Shown here piece after piece: positions 59,508-64,000 of a DNA stretch of 64,000 bases (position 1 is its first letter; each line of letters starts with the position of its first letter). The translations under genes were made by a program, and so were the position numbers. The stretch comes from Plasmodiophora brassicae (taxonomy: Eukaryota): assembly GCA_036867785.1 (NCBI GenBank), contig CP145418.1, forward strand, positions 248,001-312,000. Direction: 5' to 3'. The notes under the pieces were generated by a model. The model had not been told where the DNA came from. It saw only the letters and a program-made list of their open reading frames with translations, and searched no databases.

Positions 59508-61996
59508 TCAGAAATCAATGATCGACGGGCGTGCGGCCGCGACTTCAATCGCCTGCGGCGTGCTGACGACATGGGTGGTAGTAGGGGCAGGGCATCGATA
59601 TTTCGCGCGCAACGCCATCAGAACCGTAACGACGCCGAAGACAAGCAGAACAACGGCGATCCATGGCAGCATGGACACAGCGATCTTCATCGGGTCGGCA
59701 GGGCTTCGTCGAGGTGTCGGATCCCGCTGTCCTGGAACGGGTTGCTCGCGCTGGAGCTTCCGGTCGACCTGACTGTACACAGCAGCAGCACCAAGGCCAC
59801 CACCAACAGTGAGCGCGGCTGTTGCCAGTCCTGCTGCCGTCGTCGCCGATACCGCCTTACCATCGTGGGCAGGACCCGACGCCGGTACTGGCTTCGGCGA
59901 ACCTCGGCCGGACGCGAACATTGACGTCACGAGCGGGGCGGCGCCTCTGACAAGGACTCCAGCACCAGCGTAAGCCGCCTTATACATCCACGAGTTCGCC
60001 TTGCTGAGATCCGATTTCGCCGTAGTCAGGTTGTTCGTCAGGTTGTCGGTCGCCTCTTCCAGTTCAACAATCCTCCGGCGTTGTCCAACGTTGGCTTGAC
60101 GGGTAGCATTCAGCACGTTGCCGAGGTTGTCGTTCATCGCACGAAGGTTTTGGTTGTCGTCACGGCTGGTATCTAGTTGGCTCATCGTGCTGTCCAGTTG
60201 ATCTCCCATTTCCGCGATCCTCCGCTTGTACATATGTACGAGCAATTCGCACGCCAGCTTCCTCCGGTCATCTTCCATCCGGGTTTCGTTCAGGTCCTTA
60301 GTGATGGACTCGACTTGCCTCGCCAGCCGCTCGTTCCTCTCGCGAAGACTGTGGTTGTCACCGCGAAGGACACTCATTTCACGTACCGCCATTTTCAAAC
60401 GACCTTTCAGTACCCTGGCAACCTGGCTGTGTTGCTGGGCAACGGCATCCGACGAGTCTAGCGTGCTCTGTACGTCAGCGTTTCCCTTGACAGCATCCGC
60501 CAGTTTCGTCGTGGCGGCATCGAGTCGCGTCATCACGGCCTCGTTCTCCAACGGGAGGCGTTCATTGGTTCCTTTGGAGTCAGTCAGCTCGCGGGCCATG
60601 TGGACCATGTGGCGGCCTAGTTTCGCGAGGGACGCTTCGTCACCGTGAGTGTCCGCCTGCAACTGCGACTTCGCGGTGACCAGATTTTGATTCGTCTCTT
60701 CCAGGTTCGGGATCATCCGACTTTGCTCTTCGTTGACGTTATGAGCATCACCCAGAAGCTTGGCGGCGGCGTCACATCGCTCTTCCAGGTCTTCTTTCTC
60801 CTGGCGGAGTCGTTCATTGGCGCCTTTGGTGTCGGTCAGCTCGCTGGCCATTTGGTTGAGTCGGACGCCTTGGTTCGCAGTGGACGTTTCATGATCCTTA
60901 AAGGCCGCCTCCAACCTCATCTTTGTTGATTCCGGGTTCCGATTCGTCTCCTCCAGCATCGAAATTGTTCGACTTTGCTCTTCGTCGACCTTGCGGGCTT
61001 GACTCAGTAGCCTGGCTTGATCGTCGTGATTCTTTCCCTGGAGTTCTCTCTCTTCGCGTAGGAGTTCACAGTCGCGTCGACTAGTATACAGGTCGCTCGC
61101 TTTGCTGATCAGGTGATCTCGTAGTTTTATCGGTGCATCGATCTGGTTCAGCTGCGTTTCGTCCTGCGACGAAACTGTTCGACATCGGGTGGCGCTGACA
61201 CAGCATTTCTCATCAAGACCCGCGTCGGCAATTTCAAGTTGACGTCCAAGGACGTCGTTCAACTGCTGAAGGCGTCCGATTTTCTCGCGGCAGGCAATCA
61301 AACCACCGTTCGTCATGTTCAGGTTCTCGCGCAGGCTTGCGATCGTCCCTTCCTGATCGTTCACGAGCGCTCGCAGCACCTCAACTTCGACACGTAATCT
61401 CTGGTTTGCCATCTCCAATGACGATAGTGCTCCACCGGGCTCTTCGTGTACGCTGCCAAGCCGCTGTTCACTGACCTTCGGCTTCTTGCGTTCTTCCACG
61501 TCAGAACGGTGCCCGATGGTGTCCTCTGGAAAACTGTCGACAGCGTCCTCCCAAATCTCGTTATCGTCCGGCGACGCCTCCTACAAGGCATCCGCATATG
61601 AGTACGAGGGATGGGTCATGATCGGTTGGTCGCATCATCTTTGCTGACGTTTGGTTCGGTCCGTGCGTTCTCGAGTTGGCGCCGCAGCGACTCCAGCTCC
61701 GTGTTCCTGAGTTGCAGGTCGGCCTGAAACTCATTCGACTGCGTTTCGAGCTGCCGCCGAAGTCTCCGTATCTCGTTGTCCTTCAGTTCCAGTTGGTAAC
61801 GAGTCTCATTGTGGCCAGACGGCGCTGCCGTCCTGTCCTGAAACCGACCGACGGCGTCGTCGGCACCCGCCTCGACTGGATTTCCCGTCAGCTTCCAAAG
61901 GAAATCGGTGATCCAGGCAGATGACACGTCCAGACAGGAAGCAATCAGGGCGATGGCCACGACCGATGGCACCCGACGGCGTCTCCCTGTCGCCAT
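59508..61996 (-). CDS. Signal peptide + long coiled coil + C-terminal TM protein, copy 1
   Basis: MATGRRRRVPSVVAIALIASCLDVSSA, an intron at about 61582-61649, heptad repeats, three hydrophobic segments, ending RPSIIDF. Confidence 0.8.
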
Positions 61997-62236
61997 GATC
62001 TCCAATGGCAGCAACGGTGATTGGTGAACGGTGTGTTCGGCGATTTCTAAATCGAGCAACTGCGGCCAGCCCAGAATTAGCGTCCGCTTGGACCCGCTCT
62101 CCAGCTCGGCCCGAATTGGTCAATGCCGGCGCTTTCGCCCATGTGCATGGCAGCTATGCCTGGCAGGACCGGCCAATGCGCAGTCGCTATCTGGTTTATG
62201 AAAGGAGCGGAAAGGTTGATGGCTAATCGGATGCGG

Positions 62237-64000
62237 TTAGAAATCAATGACGGACGGGCGCCCGGATGCGACTTCGACCGCCAGCGATGGGCCGGCGACC
62301 AGCTGGGTGGTGGGGGCAGGGCGTTTGTACTTGCGCACCGCGAGCAGAACGGCGACGCCGCCGAAGACCAGCAAGACAAAGAAGATCCAGGGCAGAAGCG
62401 ACACGACGACCTTGATCGGGTTGACAGGAACCAGAGGTGGTGGCGGTCCCCGCGTTCCAGGCTCGCGCTTGAGCGTCTGCTTGATTGTACGGCCCATGGC
62501 AGCAGCACCAAGGGCGCCACCAACACCGAGCGCGGCGGTCGCCAATCCTGCTGCCTTCATCGGCGATACCGCTTTACCGCCCTGAACAGGGGCCGGCATC
62601 GGCGCCGATGCGGAGGAACCGCGACCGAACGCGAACATTGACGTCAGGAGGCCAATGGCGCCGGTCGCAAGGACACCAGTACCAGCGTATGCCGCCTTGC
62701 GCGTTAACGACGTTGCCCCGGCGAGTTCCTTCTTCGTCGCGTTCAGGCGACCCGCCAGGTCATCCCTCATATCGCGGAGGCGTCGATTTTCGTTAGATCG
62801 GCCATTCAAATTCTTCGTCGCGCTGTTCAGTTGATCGCTCAGTTCCCCGGTTTCCTTCTCGAGCATAACGACGCGCGTATTCGCCTCGGCCAGCTCTTTC
62901 GTCAGGTTGTTTGCCTTCACCTCCAGTTCTTCCCTCGCCTTACAAGTATTGGTCAGGTCGTTCTCCTTGGTGCGCAGGCCACGGTTCAAAGTCTCGATCA
63001 TTTGCGTTTGCTGACCATTCGCCGTGCGGGCGTCCTCCAGGTCCTTCTCAATAGTCTCGAGCGAACTCTTCAGCTCGGCGATCTCCTCCTGAAGGCGGTG
63101 TTTGTCACTGCGAAAGGTGTCCAACTCCTTCTCGGCCGTGTCAAGGCGACCTTTCAGTACCTTGACAGTACCGTCGCGCTTCTTGACAAGGGCCTCCGAC
63201 TCGCGCAGCTTGTTGCTCAGTTCCTTATTCGTCTCTTCCAGCGATGCAATCATTTGCGAGTTCCCGTTGTTGGTAGCGCGGCATTTGCCCAGTTGCTCGT
63301 TGACGTCAGCCAGCTGTTTCTGCAGCGATTCACTCGTTTCCCGAAGGTGCTGGGATTCCGAGTGGCTCTCGTTCAGGCTGTGCATTGTGTCCGCCAGACG
63401 AAGTTCCAGTTGTTCCAGTCCCTTCGTCAGGTTGTGCTTTTCTCCCATCAGCTGCGAAATCGTTTGGCCGTAGCCGGCGCTCGCAGCGCACGTCGCGGTC
63501 AGATTGGATTCGGTGCTTTTGAGTCGACCTTTGAGGACGGAATTCGACTGCCGAAGGCGCACGTTCTCCTCACGACAGGTGCTCAGCTCACCTGTCACCT
63601 TTTTCAGGTCATCAGTAGACGTTTCGTGGGTATACCTCAACTTATGCAGCTCGGCATCCAACGTGGCTTTCGTCACTTCCAACGACAATATCTCTTCTGC
63701 TTGGACGTGGATCTGATGCTGGGCCGCCGTCAGCTGCTTCGTGAGACTTGCAAGCTCCTGTTGGTGGTTATTCGACGCCCTCGCGTGTTCGTCTCGCACA
63801 GACTGGAGGCTGTTCTCAAGTTCTTCAACTTCCTCCTGTTTCATATCGACCTGTTGTTCGAGGTTCGTGACGGATGCCTGGGAATCGCTGAGTTTCGTCT
63901 TCGTCTCCTAGGCGGGGTTCACGTCAGAACGGGGGGCAACCCCAGATTGCTGGTCGCTGCAACGTATACGGCTCACCTGGAATTCGGAGCGCGTTGCTTT
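62237..64000 (-). CDS. Coiled coil + C-terminal TM protein, copy 2 (5' end outside window)
   Basis: Shares KAAYAG.GVL..GA..L.TSMFA.GRGS, GKAVS...AAGLATAAL and P.KI/VVVS.LPWI with copy 1, ending RPSVIDF. Confidence 0.8.

Noticed and set aside
1..64000. Transposons, viral insertions, rRNA or telomeric repeats
   Set aside because: No transposase, reverse transcriptase, integrase or capsid motifs, terminal repeats, rRNA or telomere arrays were recognised.

Overview
This is a gene-dense, GC-rich eukaryotic window with short (about 50-110 nt) spliceosomal introns and very short intergenic spacers. It carries flagellar/ciliary genes (EFHC/DM10, BBIP1, PIH1, MORN) and secreted lineage-specific proteins. 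This profile fits a zoosporic protist, most plausibly a plasmodiophorid such as Plasmodiophora brassicae (inference only). About 38 protein-coding genes and 5 tRNA genes (3x Thr-AGU, 2x Glu-CUC) are supported. Conserved genes include class II eIF4E, an HMG-box protein, an SNF1-like kinase, a Polo-like kinase, a GT61 xylosyltransferase, MED20, Asterix, DNAJA, HscB, kinesin-14, PEX11, a sterol desaturase and DEPDC5/Iml1. The most notable observations are: (1) an intronless prokaryote-type SfsA nuclease gene packed 4 nt behind MED20; (2) a divergent pair of NYN+C2H2 ribonuclease paralogues, one apparently catalytically dead; (3) a compact hybrid E3 ligase joining UBZ-RING1-IBR to a MYCBP2-type RING-Cys-relay module; (4) a tandem triplication of secreted Gly/Ser-rich 4-Cys effector-like genes with an AP-1 site at a conserved position and a decayed third copy; (5) a BAR-like/auxilin J-domain fusion; (6) a six-bromodomain protein; (7) a tandem family of coiled-coil membrane proteins. 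All exon boundaries were inferred by eye and are approximate.
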